A stretch of DNA of 64,000 nucleotides from Octopus vulgaris. Lineage: Eukaryota. The DNA lies in contig OX597836.1 of the NCBI GenBank assembly GCA_951406725.2, forward strand, positions 47,678,001-47,742,000. The letters run 5' to 3'. Position numbers and translations under genes: made by a program. Each line of letters starts with the position of its first letter. The first letter of the stretch is position 1. Below the pieces are notes generated by a model. It worked only from the letters and a program-made list of their open reading frames with translations, did no database searches and was not told the DNA's origin. Positions 12,473 to 25,708 of the stretch are shown piece after piece.

Positions 12473-13265
12473 TATTGGGTCATCCCATAAATAATGCAGC
12501 TTTTTCAATTGCATAAATTAAAAGTCGAAGGGGAATGGGATAAACTATCTGCATCAACTTGCTATAAAAGCATGTAGTAATTTTACCTTGTCCTTATTCT
12601 TAGTGCAAGTTTTGAGGAGTGCAGTTCGATCTTAAAAGTTTTTTTTTTTCAAATCATTAATGGAAGAAACAAAGGAACCTATTAGGAATATTTTGCTTTA
12701 CAAGTTTAATAAAAGCAACAATGAACGGAAAGTGCTAGGAATATTAATGCAGTAAATGGGGATTGGACAATAAGCATAAGCCAGTGTCAACAATGGTTCT
12801 AGAAATTTCAAACCAGAAACTATAGCCTAGAAGATGAGCCTCTTCCTGGGAGATCTGTAGAGCTTGACCCAAACCAAATGATAACAAAGGAGATATACTG
12901 CAAGCTGCTTGAGTCAGCACTAGAAGAAAAACAACTATCTTTGGTTTCAAGATGAAAGGTGTTCTTCCATCAGGATAATGCTTGGCTGCATACAACAAGG
13001 ATGACACTCCAAAGTCTGGAGCAGTTTGAATGGGAAATGATACCCCACCCACCATATTCGCTGGTTATAATTTATTCCACAGTATTCAAAATCATTTGGA
13101 CGGAAAAAATACAAATTCTGTAAACAAAGTCAGAACAGTACTGGACGAGTTATTTTTCATCGTGGACAAGTGAATTTTGGAAGAGGGGCCCTGCAAGTCT
13201 ACCATATAAATGGAAGAGCATTGTAGAAAATGAAGGAGAGTATATTTTAGATTAAAAGAGAACTT
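12473..13265 (+). mobile_element. Mariner transposon remnant with internally deleted transposase pseudogene
   Basis: TA + TIR-like ttgggtcatcccataaataatgc. ATG at 12660 gives MEETKEPIRNILLYKF...QWF*KF...LEDEPLPGR, later FHQDNA..PHPPYS...WKSIVENEGEYILD* (stop 13253-13255). Confidence 0.9.
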
Positions 13266-14275
13266 ATGGGTCTGGTCTCCTGACCACATGTTTCTGAAAT
13301 CAGTCCCACTGCCTGGACCTTGGGCAAATGCTTTTCACTAAAGCCTCAAATCAACCAAAACCCTGTAAGTGGATCTGGTAGATGGAAACTGAAAGAAGCC
13401 CAGCATGTATGTGGGAGTGAGAGCTCTTTCTTTATCTCCCATCACTATTTCACAACCAGAGTTGGTTTGTTTACATCCCCATTTCTTAGTAGTTTGACAA
13501 AAGAGACCAGACTTTAAAAAAAAAGTACTGGAGTTAATTTGTTTGACTAAAACTCTTCAAGGAAATGCACCAGCATGGCCACAGTCCTGAAAGAAGATAA
13601 AGACATACAAACATATATACACACACAGGTATATACACACACATGCATAAATACACACATGCATGTATGTATGGATGGATGGATGTACCTACTGACATCC
13701 TCATTTTTGATGGGCTTACCTCCTATCAAAAGGTGGTAAAAGACAATTTTCTCAAGATGTCATGCAATGAGACTGAACTCAGAATCACATGGTTGCAAAA
13801 CAGATATTTTAACCATAACACAATCGAGCCTCTGCTTATATGTGACACACTTTAAAGTGACTCTCGATACAACCCAACTGAGCACTCTTCCTCTACTTTA
13901 CTCTCTCTCTCTCTCTCACACACACACACAGTGTACTCAACATCTTTCCTCCAACAGCCATTTTCTCTTCCCCCAAAATTGTCTAACTGAATGCATTACC
14001 ATATGTAAGAAAGACTCCTACAAAAATATCAATACCACCAAATTCATCATTGCATTCTTACCATTTTCATATACTTACCAATAACACATACTGCAAATTA
14101 TTTATTGGAGCAAACTGTCGTTTAGAGCTAAAACGTAATGGAACACTGGAGGATTTAAAAAAGCTATAGTCTCTAATTATAAAAGAACATTTTCATCTCT
14201 CCAGTAGCCACAATGGACTGTATTGACTATATTGATAATTAATATGTTATCAAAACAGAAGGAAATTATATTTAA

Positions 14276-14484
14276 CCCTTTAGCATTTAAACCCGGTCAT
14301 ATCTGGCCTAAATATTCTACTTGTTTCATGTTCAATCTGGCTGTATTCAGCCTCTCACTGCTGCCCTCTAAAAATAACCAATCACATCATTGAAATCTCA
14401 GAGCTCTAAGATAATGTATGATTAATTCTAAACAACTGAATAAATAATCATCACATTTAAAAGAGTAATCTGAATGTTAAAGGG
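14276..14484. mobile_element. piggyBac-type MITE (family P1)
   Basis: TTAA-CCCTTTAGCATT ... AATGTTAAAGGG-TTAA. Related copies at ~16069-16510, 23245-23846 and 31030-31185. Confidence 0.8.
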
Positions 14485-14571
14485 TTAATGAGAATTGTTA
14501 ATGTGTGCTATATCAATGTGTACAGCAGTTTTTGTTTAGTTACAAGGCAGCCCTGATCGAACACACCTTAA

Positions 14572-14795
14572 CCCTTTCGTTACTGTATTTCTGTTGAGAT
14601 GCTCTGTGTTTCTTTCTTTCAATTACTTTAAATATATCAAAGAATTTAGTAAAATAACTTGGTTATCATTCAGCTGGTGTTAGGAACATAAATTGTGACT
14701 AAGGTTTGGTGAGAGATTTTAATTCGAAACTTATGATAACAAGACATTTGTATTCAAAGCCAGAGCCGGTTTCAGCCGGGTTGGTAACGAAAGGG
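14572..14795. mobile_element. piggyBac-type MITE (family P2)
   Basis: TTAA-CCCTTTCGTTAC ... GTAACGAAAGGG-TTAA, a perfect 12-bp TIR with TTAA TSD. Confidence 0.9.
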
Positions 14796-15244
14796 TTAAG
14801 AGAAAGGTATTTCAACACTGAAATCTTCTCATCCTACCTCTTCAGGCACAATATAGCCAGACCTACATTACTGAATGTGTTTTCCCTTTGTTGAAGTTGT
14901 TTAGCTACAAGTCAATTCGAAGTGAAACCAAAGTCAAAGACCATCCCAATCTTATTTTCCCATTACTATATCAATGACTTCATTAGCCAATGATTAGTTA
15001 ACCTTAAGTAAGTCTTGTAATCAAAAGCATTACAACCATGACGATTGTTTCCTGTTTCTAGATATATCGAAGACATTATTGAACAAGGAAGTAGTACAAC
15101 TGAACCACTGTAAATAGCAGTGAAATAACAACTGGCAAAATGTCTCTCATTACATGTGTTCTGAATTGAAATCTACCATTAACAGTCTGACATTACTAAC
15201 CAGGGATAGACAGCACTGTCCTTTAGCTTTCTAATGCCACGTAA

Positions 15245-15581
15245 GACCCCCTTCGATCACAACACTGACCATGGGATTGCACCTAGAAAATTACCCTCCC
15301 AGGCACAAGTCCGGGCAAGGTTGTTTATGGAACCCCAGCAATCATCCATGCATACCGGCCTCCCCTCTCCACGCCACCAGTGTCATCCAAGGGAAAGGCA
15401 AAGGGGCCGGTACAGCTTGGCACCTATGATGTCGCAACTCATTTCTACAGCTGAGTGAACTGGAGCAATGTGAAATAAAGTGTCTTGCTCAAGAACACAA
15501 CACACAGCCCGGCCCGGGATTCGAGCTCACAACCTCACGATCGTAAGCTCAACGCTCTAACCACTGAGCCATGCGCCTTCA
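15245..15581 (-). mobile_element. tRNA-derived SINE family C with 14-bp TSD
   Basis: tRNA-like head ggcgcatggctcagtggttagagcg..tcgaatccc. TSD ctaatgccaYgtaa at 15231-15244 and 15582-15595. Confidence 0.9.
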
Positions 15582-16989
15582 CTAATGCCATGTAAATTTC
15601 CTACATTTAAGATTTTACTCTCTGTGAGACAAGAGGGAATCTATGTGATCATTTGATCAGCTAGAAATAGTAATAGTGAGATCTCCACTTGCTCTACTAT
15701 CTTAAAATAAGGAAGGCTATATTAGATAATGCCATCCTATATTTCACTACATCTTGTGGAAAAGATGGGATGATCATATCTGGAATTGCATCTGATCATA
15801 GTCTGTGTGATCAGGACTAGCCTAGGGCTATATAACAATAACTTTACTTTCTACATCACCTTAAGAAACATACCAACATAGATTTTTAATCATTTTGCTT
15901 TTTATATATTTCAAATCCAATTTATGCCACTACAGGCAATCACTAACCTACCAGTTCTAGTTACTAATTATTCAACTGAATGAGGAAACCTCTACACAGT
16001 CACTTAATCAAGCACAGCTAGAAATAGCAGCCAAATCTCCCTCCAGATACATACAGCCAACCATTTCAACCCTTTAGCATTTAAACCAGCCACACCTGGC
16101 CAAAATATTCGACCTGTTTTCTCTGCAAACTGGCCAGAGCTGGTCTTTTGCACCTACCCTACAATGTCATTTTACAAATAAGCAATTTCATCATTGAAAT
16201 CTCAAAGCTACAAAATAATGCAGGATTAATTTAAAAAGATGTTAATACAAAAGCATTATATTTGACATGAAGGTGCATGGTTCAATGGTTAGAGTGTCAG
16301 GCTCACAATCATGATATAGTAAGTTCGATTCCGAGATTGGGCTGTGTGTTGTGTTCTTGAGCAAGACACTTTGCTGGTCCTCCATGAACAACTTTGCCCA
16401 GACTTGTGATTTGAAGGGTAACTTTCTAGGTGCAAACCCATAATCATTCATGATTGAAGGGGGTTTTGTCCTTTTACATATTTGACAGAATAATCTGAAT
16501 ACTAAAGGTATAAAATTACATTGAACAATGCAGTCTCTCAGCCAAGTGGGTAGACCTAATCCACTACATGGATTAACATTAGCCCTTGGGTACCTTTAGC
16601 AAAGTCTACTCTGATACAAGCATTCAGGTTAAGTTTCTAGTTTATGGATATCTCCCTCCATTCCTCCACAAGTCATAGAAGTCCTAAAAGAGATTATGGG
16701 GCACTACCATATCTCTTCTGTCTAAACTATTAAAAAGAATTACAGGATGGTCACAGCTGAAATGTTTTTTGTCATCATTCTGCTGGAATAGGATTGACCT
16801 GGGGTCAGTCAAAAATTCTCTGCACTAGCTTTGAAGTATGTTTTTAAAAATCAGAATAATTGATTCTTGAATATTAAACTTACTTAGATTATCAACTTTC
16901 TAAGCCACATCAAGAACCAATTTCTTGATGAGTAAACCTGACAATCAGCCCTTAAGACCCAGTCGTCATGTGTTCAACAAAACTATAAC

Positions 16990-17745
16990 AAACTTTACTC
17001 CTTTAGATAAACAAGGGGTCCTCTATATGGTCATTCAATCAATTACAAATAGCAGCTACATGTCCTTAAATCACACATTAGATAATGTAGTCCAAGGTAC
17101 ATTATGTCAGAAAATAAAACGGGATGATCATAGCTGAAACGCCTTTGATCATAGGCCTGTGGATCATGGCTGACCTGAGGGTAAACAACAATAAAAGTAA
17201 AAAAAGGGCACATTTGATAATGTAGTCATAAATACACTGTCTGAATTTTAAAAAAAAACAAGAAGGTCACAGCTGGAATGTATTTGATCATAGAACTGTT
17301 GGATCATGGATGACCTAACAGAATAACTGTGACAATGGATACAGTGAATAATGTAGTCTTAAATGTGTGAATATGAGATGGTCATGGATGGAATACATTT
17401 GATCATACCTTAGCTGGATCAAGGCCGATATGGAGCTAAACAACAACAAATCAATTCCTTTGAATTCAGTTTCACCACATAAATGCAGTTAAAACATTTA
17501 CTGCATAGGAACCGATAAAGAGGCTTCTACACAATTGTACTATCCACTAAATACCACAGCAAACTCTCCCTTGGATCACGTCCAGCCATCTTAAAACCTA
17601 TCACCAACTACATTGTATCAGAGACATTGTGTCTGAAGACACAAAAACAAGACAGTCAAGGCTACAATGCTTTTGATCACAGGTCTGCTTGATCACTTCT
17701 AAACAGGCTTCTATACAACCTGGGGTTAAACAATAATAATAACTA
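16990..17745 (+). repeat. Cluster of 4-5 degenerate copies of an ancient interspersed repeat with (AAC)n tail
   Basis: Recurrent gatggtcatggctggaatg..tttgatcata..gatcagggctgacctggggctaaacaac units. The same family is scattered across the window (e.g. 15650-15840, 22440-22610, 62150-62295). Confidence 0.6.
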
Positions 17746-18719
17746 CAACAGTGACTCATTGAAGACATTTCTTTTCTGTTGCCAATACTATCTGCTACAC
17801 AAATGCCAACAAATGCTAAGCAAGTTATTTATGAAGCCTTCACACCATAACATTTAAAATATCTTGTCAACCTCCATCTGCTGTTCTATTAATAAACAGA
17901 ACTTATTCTGTACTCAGCTCACCTAATTTTCAAGATAGTTTTTCACACGTTACATGGAACTTAAGCAGAGCTCTGTTATTCTTAAGGAACAACAGAAACA
18001 TTAGAAGAAGTCAAGCCAATGAGAAGAGGCCTCTACATCACAGGAAGAGGACCAGGAACAAAATTGTTAGAAGCTGTGCTGCAGAAAATAAAAAGCTTTT
18101 TGATTTTAATACATTCACAGGTACACAACTTAAAGATTCAGCCATTTTTATTTCATATAATGGTTTTAGAGATTTCATTCGCCTCTTATGAGTAAGTGAT
18201 TTCACTGCTCTGTGTGGTATATCTGACCACATAGAGCAGCCATGTTGCCCTCAGATTACCCTCTTCCATATTGGAAGGGTGTATTGCCTAATATCCTAAA
18301 GAATGGGAAAGTTGGCACTAAAATGCTTCTGATCACACATTTGCTCACTTAACAAAAAATTAATGAGTGGGGTTCGATGCTTATGCAGTCAAACTTCTGA
18401 AAGTAGCAGCTAAATCTAGCCCAAGATATAAAGACAAGATAGTCATGGCTGACCTAGGGCTAAACATCAATTGAATTTCGTTACGTATTTCCTATTAGCT
18501 ATTTGCCTAATATTTTGGTAAACATTCACTAGACACATATATATACAATACACATTACATTTTATCAAAAATGTGCATATATATATTCATAATTCACATT
18601 ATATTCATAAGCTCAGAAACGGGGGAGACAGAGGGTGCCACACTTGCACCCCCTAAAACTTTTGGCAGTCTATGAAAACACTTTCAACATGCTCCTAAAA
18701 AACTTCATTTCCAAAATGA

Positions 18720-19122
18720 ACAGGGATGGTCGTGTGGTAAGAAGTTTGCTTCCCAACCACATGGTTCTGGGTTCAGTCCCACAACATGGTGCATTGGAGA
18801 AGTGTCTTCTACTATAGCCTTGGGCCAACCAAACCTTTGTAAGTGGATCTGGAAGATGGAAACTGAAAGAAGCCTGCCTTATATATATATGTGTATGTGC
18901 GTGTGTGTGTGTGTGTGTCTTTGTATCTGTCTCCCATTACCTCTTGACAACCAGTGCTAGTATGTTTACATCCCCATAACTTAGTGGTTTGGCAAAAGAG
19001 ACCAACAGAACAAGCATCAGGCTTACAAAAAAAAAAAAAAGTCCTGGGGTCGATTCGTTCAAGTAAAACCCTTCAAATCAGTGCCCTAGCATGGCCACAA
19101 CCAAACGACAAACAAGTAAAAG
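18720..19122 (+). mobile_element. SINE family A (older subfamily)
   Basis: Similarity to family A along the whole length. Confidence 0.85.
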
Positions 19123-19797
19123 ATGCATAGAAATCATATGTGTAAAGACCCCCAATATATACATGTGCAAACTCATACAGTAAACACACATGTACTCCTC
19201 CCCGCCATTGCAGCAGTCGTGATCAGAAGTGCTCCCACTGTTTCCACTTTCTTGTACTAAACACGGATCTCAGCAGACAGCAAGACAGAGCCAAGTTCCT
19301 GGTTCAAGTGACAGTATTGTGTACACTTGTGTAGACTTCACGTGTAATTAACACAAGTGCTGCTAATAGGTAAATGACAGAATAATGACTCATCCTGCTC
19401 TTTCTTCTGCATCACTTGTTACTAACTTTAAACAATTGTAATTGGATTGTATTCATATTCTCCTAACAGATGGAAAGGAAAGATGTGCGCTTGAAATAGA
19501 TACAGTGAAATTAGTGCTAATGTGTTTCATGAAAGGAGCATTAAACATGATAACTAGAAATAAATGCGTTGAGACAGTTAAGTTGGTGTTTAACATAAGG
19601 AGCATTAAATATGCTATATCCTATCCACCACGACCACCCCCATGCACATTGATTCTTACATTAAATATGTTTCTAGAGATAAAATTAGGTCGTGAGACAG
19701 ACAGATAATAGAGGGAGTTGTGTCCATAAGTATTTAGTTTCACTGTGAAATTAGGTCTTCAAGGGGCCTTTTTTAAAGCTTCAGATGAGAATTGACA

Positions 19798-20212
19798 TAC
19801 TCTTTTACTTGTTTCAGTCATTTGACTGCGGCCATGCTGGAGCACCGACTTTTTTTTTTTTTTTAAATCAAGCAACTCGACCCCGGGACTTATTCTTTTG
19901 TAAGCCCAGTACTTATTCTATCGGCCTCTTTTGCCGATCAGCTAAGTAACGGGGACATAAACACACCAGCATCGGTTGTCAAGCAATGCTAGGGGGACAA
20001 ACACAGACACACAAACACACACGCACATATATATATATACATATATACGACGGGCTTCTTTCAGTTTCCGTCTACCAAATCCACTCACAAGGCTTTGGTC
20101 AGCCCGAGGCTATAGCAGAAGACACTTGCCCAAGGTGCCACGCAGTGGGACTGAACCCGGAACCATGTGGTTGGTAAACAAGCTACTTACCACACAGCCA
20201 CTCCTACGCCTA
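19798..20212 (-). mobile_element. SINE family A, full length
   Basis: Near-consensus copy. Confidence 0.9.
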
Positions 20213-20880
20213 TGATAATTTTTTTAACATCAAGGCTGAAGTAAAGCCACATTTGACTACTTAATAAAATGTGTACAAAATTATGCTAGACAAAAATCAA
20301 TTTATATTGGTGCAAGGTTGACAGCTCAGCGGAGCCAGATAGTTAAGTGAGCAGTAAGTTATGTAATACATGATGCATTAACTAGAAATAAATATGCAGA
20401 AAAGAAAAAAAAACTATTAGTCAATGACTAATGTTGCTTGTATTTTTCAGGTGAGTATAGGAGACAAACTACAAGCATATTTCAGTCTTATTCTCACCTC
20501 ATCAGCAATGTAAAACTTCACTACTTGCAGAAAATGTGCTAGAAGATTCATTATAAGGCTGTACATTGGTGGACACAGGTGCAGGTGTGGTAAGAAGCTT
20601 GCTTCTCAACCACATGGTTCCGGGTTCTGTCCCACTGCATGATACCTTGGGTAAATACCTTCTACTATAGCCTCAAGCCAACCAAAGACTTGTGAGTGAA
20701 TTTTATAGATGGAAACTGAAAGGTGGGTGGGCGGGTGGATGGATGGATGGATGGATGGATGAGTATCTTTGTATCTGTCTCCCGCCACAGCTTGACAACA
20801 AGTCAGTGTGTTTATATCTCTAATGACTGAAACAAGATAAAAGATTAGAAAATCTAATTCTTATATATATGTGTGTGTGT

Positions 20881-21182
20881 GGAGGCACAATGGCCCAGTG
20901 GTTAGGGCAGCGGACTCACAGTCAGAGGATCGCGGTTTCGATTCCCAGACCAGGCATTGTGTGTGTTTATTGAGCAAAAACACCTAAAGCTCCACAAGTC
21001 TCCAGCAGGGCGTGGTGGCGACCCCTGTATACTCTTTCACCACAACTTTCTCTCACTCTTTCTTCCTGTTTCTTGAGTAATGCTGCGATGGATTGGCATC
21101 CCGTCCAGCTGGGGGGAACACATACGTCACAGAAACCAGGAAACCAGGCCCATGAGCCTGGCTAGGCTTGAAAAGGGCGACG
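20881..21182 (+). mobile_element. tRNA-derived SINE family D, tail type 1 (possibly octopus OR-type)
   Basis: ggaggcacaatggcccagtggttagggcagcggactc..ggtttcgattccc tRNA-like head. Confidence 0.8.
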
Positions 21183-21313
21183 TTTATTGTTATATATATA
21201 TATATATATAGAAAGAGAGAGCTAGGAAGAGGTAATAATGCAAACAAGCAAACATGCTTGGGCTTGATATATAAAAAAAAAATACATGTAAATATAATAT
21301 ATATATATATATA

Positions 21314-21617
21314 TCACATAATCACGTGACTAACCAGACCATCAGATGTTGTTACACATCGCTGGTCACAATGCGTTTGCATTGTTTTAGCCTTTGAATG
21401 ACTCCACCCCGCTGGCTAAGCGAGCAGGCCAACAGAAGAAAGAGTGGGAGAAAGAGTGGTGAAAGAGTACAGCAGGGATCACCACCCCCTACCGGAGTGT
21501 CGTGGAGCTTTTAGGTGTTTTCACTCAATAAACACTCACAACACCCGGTCTGGGAATCGAAACCGCGATCCTATGACCGCGAGTCCGCTGCCCTAACCAC
21601 TGGGCCATTGCGCCTCC
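21314..21617 (-). mobile_element. tRNA-derived SINE family D, tail type 2
   Basis: Shares the ~180-bp head of 20881-21062 but has an unrelated tail. Confidence 0.8.
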
Positions 21618-21639
21618 ACATATATATATATATATATAT

Positions 21640-22190
21640 ATAAAAGTAAATAAATGGAGTTGAACGCAGGTGTTATTCAAATTATTTTACTTTCGACATA
21701 TGTTTCGAAGACAACATTGGTTTTATTCCAAAGGAATAAATGGTGTAAAATAGTGTAATCTTCTCATCAGGAAAGAAAGAGAACCTATCTCAACAACAAG
21801 ACATTATAACAATTTTGATGACTGCATAAATGATAAACAGAATGCTATTAAGTATTTTTTTTTAAACCGTTAGTGGATCTGACGTCAAAGGCAGACTATA
21901 GGAAGAGAAGGGGTAAAGAAATAATAGGTAGAGAACAAATAAAGAGGGATATATTGGTTGAAAAAATGTTCAAAGGCTTGGAAGTAGATTTCTCTACTGA
22001 AGTAAAGTGCAAGGTGAACTAAATGTTTAAACTATACAGACTGGTATAAGAGCTAAAGGTATGTTTCTGCCAGCGCTTACATTTGCAAGATCACTCTATA
22101 AGTGTGTTAACAAAGTGATTCTTAGAGAAGAGAATATGGAAGAGTTCAGAGTTGCAAATGTTACAAAATCCTTTGCCCTTGTCGTAAGGA
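21640..22190 (-). mobile_element. Penelope-like retroelement 3' remnant
   Basis: Minus translation PYDKGKGFCNICNSELFHILF(fs)KNHFVNTLIE*SCKCKRWQKHTF resembles the PY..G..CNLC..EK..IL...LLN.R.E...KCRH C-terminus of GIY-YIG PLEs. It is followed by a hammerhead and ends in (TA)n. Confidence 0.7.
21690..21775 (-). ncRNA. Type I hammerhead ribozyme
   Basis: CTTTC-CTGATGA-GAAGAT...GTCTTC-GAAA-C-ATAT-GTC^GAAAG: complete catalytic core, 5-bp helix I, 6+ bp helix II, palindromic short helix III, GUC cleavage triplet. Confidence 0.8.
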
Positions 22191-23312
22191 CTATACTGAA
22201 CACCCTCCAAAAAATGACTGTTTGAAAATTTATTAAAATATACAAACAGTGTACTTCAAATTTACCCCCTGGACCAGCCTCATCAATTTTGGGTCTCTCA
22301 TCAGTTCCATAATGATGCTGTACTTAGTGCAGAAACTAGATCACCTGAGATCAATCAACTAGCAGACTTCCACTCTCAAACTGCAGAGTCAACCAAGCTT
22401 CCTCCAACCTGGATTACAAGAACATGCAACAAGTGAAAGAGTTTGTATGTGATCACTTGACCTGCTAGAAATAGCAACCAAATCACCATCAAATTAGATA
22501 CTACTATGTTAATAAAAAAAAGAGTGTGCCACATTAGAAAGGCAGATTGGTCATGGCTGGAATGTCTGATCATTGGTTATCTTGATCAAGGCTGACCAAA
22601 GTTAAACAACAACTTAATCTGTATCGCAATATGGTCAGTAAATGGTCAAAGCTGAAAGCTAAAATCAAAGTCTGACATAGCCACTCAGTAGACATAGGAG
22701 TAATGATGATTCATGCAGTAAAGGATTGCCAAATTCTTTACGAAAATGTTCTAAAACTGGGTTCTGTAACTTTAATACTTTACATTATGTCACACCTTGC
22801 TTAATTCAAACTTAATAATTCTCACTCTAATTCAAAGAACTGTCAGACAATTTCCACAATAATCAGCTCATATTTCCTTAGAAATAAACAAAGCTGCCAA
22901 CCCTGAAATCTTGCCAACTGTCCTAGTTTTTTGAAGTTGTTATTTGCTCTACAGAGCCTATTGATTTATTTTCCCTTCTGTATTGATTTATCCCTTTTCT
23001 TGACTACATTTCTTATAAGTACATATATGTATCTCAATTTTTCGTAAAAATCAAAATTTGGAAGGGTTTCATAAACAATGTCTGTAATTTATATATTGCT
23101 TATTTATTTAGCCTCAGCTCAATTTCGGTCAAACAGAAAACTGATCAAACATTCCAGTGATGACCATCCAATCTTATTTTGAGACAACATATAGATAACT
23201 ACGTTAACCAGAGGATTGTGAGTGGATTTGGTAGACAAATTTAACCCTTAAGCATTCAGATTTCTCTGTGACATGTAGAGCTTATTTAGTCATATTGTTT
23301 GGAATTAATCAT

Positions 23313-23703
23313 GTGGCTGTGTGGTAAGTAGCTTGCTTACCAACCACATGGTTCCAGGTTCAGTCCCACTGCGTGGCATCTTGGGCAAGTGTCTTCTGCT
23401 ATAGCCTCGGGCCGACCAAAGCCTTGTGAGTGGATTTGGTACACGGAAACTGAAAGAAGCCCGTTGTATATATGTATATATATATATGTGTGTGTGTGCG
23501 TGTGTATATGTTTGTGTGTCTGTGTTTCCCCCCCCCCGACCTGGTGGGTTTATGTCCCCGTCACTCAGCGGTTCGGCAAAAAAGACCGACAGAATAAGTA
23601 CTGGGCTTACAAAGAATAAGTCCTGGGGTCGAGTTGCTCGATTAAAGGCAGTGCTCCAGCATGGCCACAGTCAAATGACTGAAACAAGTAAGAGTAAAAG
23701 AGA
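23313..23703 (+). mobile_element. SINE family A inserted in a P1 piggyBac MITE (23245-23846)
   Basis: MITE sequence resumes on both sides of the SINE. Confidence 0.85.
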
Positions 23704-24539
23704 GTATCATGTAGCATCAAGATTTCAATGATGTGACTATTTTTAGAATGACACTGTAGGCTAGGTGTGAAAGGCAGGATCTGGCCATTTTGAACATAAA
23801 ACATGTAGAATATTTTGGCCAGATGTGGTCGGTTTAAATGCTAAAAATGGTAAGTTGTGGTTCAGTAGCGGGGTTGATTGGGGGATTTAGTTCTATCTCT
23901 GACCAGTCGAATGACCACACAGATGCTTCTCTCTTGGCTCATACATAATGCCAGTGTTGGTCAACCAGTTTTATGATTTCATTTAGATATTTTGCAAGCA
24001 ACTTGCAGATGCAAGCAAGCTTATGAGATCACCAGGAGAGAATGTGTGCCATTTCGGAGCCTTCCTTTCAATGGCATTACTGAGATGTGGCCTTGCTAGT
24101 CACTAGGTTTCACTCAATATTCTTCTAACCATTGCTCATTGCAATCAAATTTTTATTGAGATTTTCAATTCAATACAAACAACCTCAAATGGGTTTATAT
24201 TAAGAGTAAAGAAACAGGTGAAGTATTTCTGAAATCATTGTGTTTGGCATGCAAGAAAAAAAAAATAATCTAGCTATTTAAGTTAAATTAGAATTCTTCG
24301 TTTAATTAAACTACATAGACGAGAAAGAAGAATTTTATAATCTCCTATGCTACATACACAGCCAATTAATTTGGTTACTGACTGAATAGAGGAGGTATGT
24401 GATATCCCATGCCTGCATCGGTAATTTGAAGAATGAAGTAGAATAGCTAATAATTCCCACCACACCAAATATATGTTTATAGAAAGTGGAAGATCAAATT
24501 ACTCAGCTGCTTTAACGGTAATCTTTTGATTAATAATAT

Positions 24540-24890
24540 CTTTTACCTTATACTTGTTTCAGTCATTGGACAGCAGCCATGCTGGGAAACTGCCTTGAAG
24601 AATTTTAAACTTATCGAATCCCAGTGTTTATTTTTTTTATAAAGCCTGGTACTTATTCTATTGGTTTCTGTTGCTGAACCGCTAAGTTACAGGGACATAA
24701 ATACACACACACACACACACACACGCACCATGGCTTTTCTTTCAATATTTGTCTACCAAATCCACTCACAAGGCTTTGGTCAGCCCAAGGTGATAGAAGA
24801 CACTTGCCCATGGTACCACACAGTGGGACTGAACCTGGAACCTTATAGCTGGAAAGCAAACTTCTTACCATTCAACCACACCTGCACCTA
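24540..24890 (-). mobile_element. SINE family A (older subfamily)
   Basis: Similarity to family A. Confidence 0.8.
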
Positions 24891-25555
24891 TACAACCAAA
24901 TAATTAGTAAAATATTATTTTTGTTAATATGAAAGGTTTCCATTTTTTTGTATTCATTCATTTTATTAGAAGTTAAGTATGGTAGCAATGATGGAAACAA
25001 ACACTACACTAAATATACACCAGATGGATCTTCCATCCATCGTATGCACATGCGCTGGTGAAGACAAAACTGCCCATCTCATATGAGAAGTATCAGGTGT
25101 GTGTTAATCATTACGACATCAAAACTCAAGTGGCAAGGCTCCTTTGGTAACAATGACCAAGCAAAATTAGATGAAGGTCACTGGCAGACAATAGATGGCA
25201 AGTTGGTCTAACAGCTCCACTTGACATAAAAAAGATTGATAAAGCAGAAAGAGATAAAAATAGCTGGAAACTCACTTGTTCAAGGAAATCTCTAGGATAA
25301 ATATATAGGAAAAAAACAAAACACTGGAACAAGGAAACCTTGTACTATAAATAAATGACAGTGACATTTGATAATATTATTCTATTTTCTAATCTGCTTT
25401 CAGGAAATGTCAAGCAACAACAACAATAATAATTGTAATAGTAACAACAACAATAATAATAATAATAATGATGATGATAATACTAATCCTTTCTACTATA
25501 GGCACAATGCTTGAAATTTTGGGGGACAGAGCAAGTAAAATACCTCAGCCCCAGT

Positions 25556-25708
25556 CATCATCATTGTTCAACTGTGGTCGAGACAATGGAATTTACCATG
25601 CTACGCCAGACTTCATGGTCCATCATGGCATTACAGAGGTCCTGTTGCTGGATGCCTGTATCCCTGGAGATTACATCAGGGTAAGAGAGTGTGCGCCCTC
25701 TGGTATCC
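25556..25708 (-). mobile_element. 3' end of an RTE-like LINE
   Basis: Near-identical to 28788-28940, with a (GAT)n tail. Confidence 0.7.

Noticed and set aside
20465-20510. CTGATGA...GAAA hammerhead-like motif on the minus strand
   Set aside because: Helix II is only 3 bp, and helices I and III do not pair properly. At best a decayed relic
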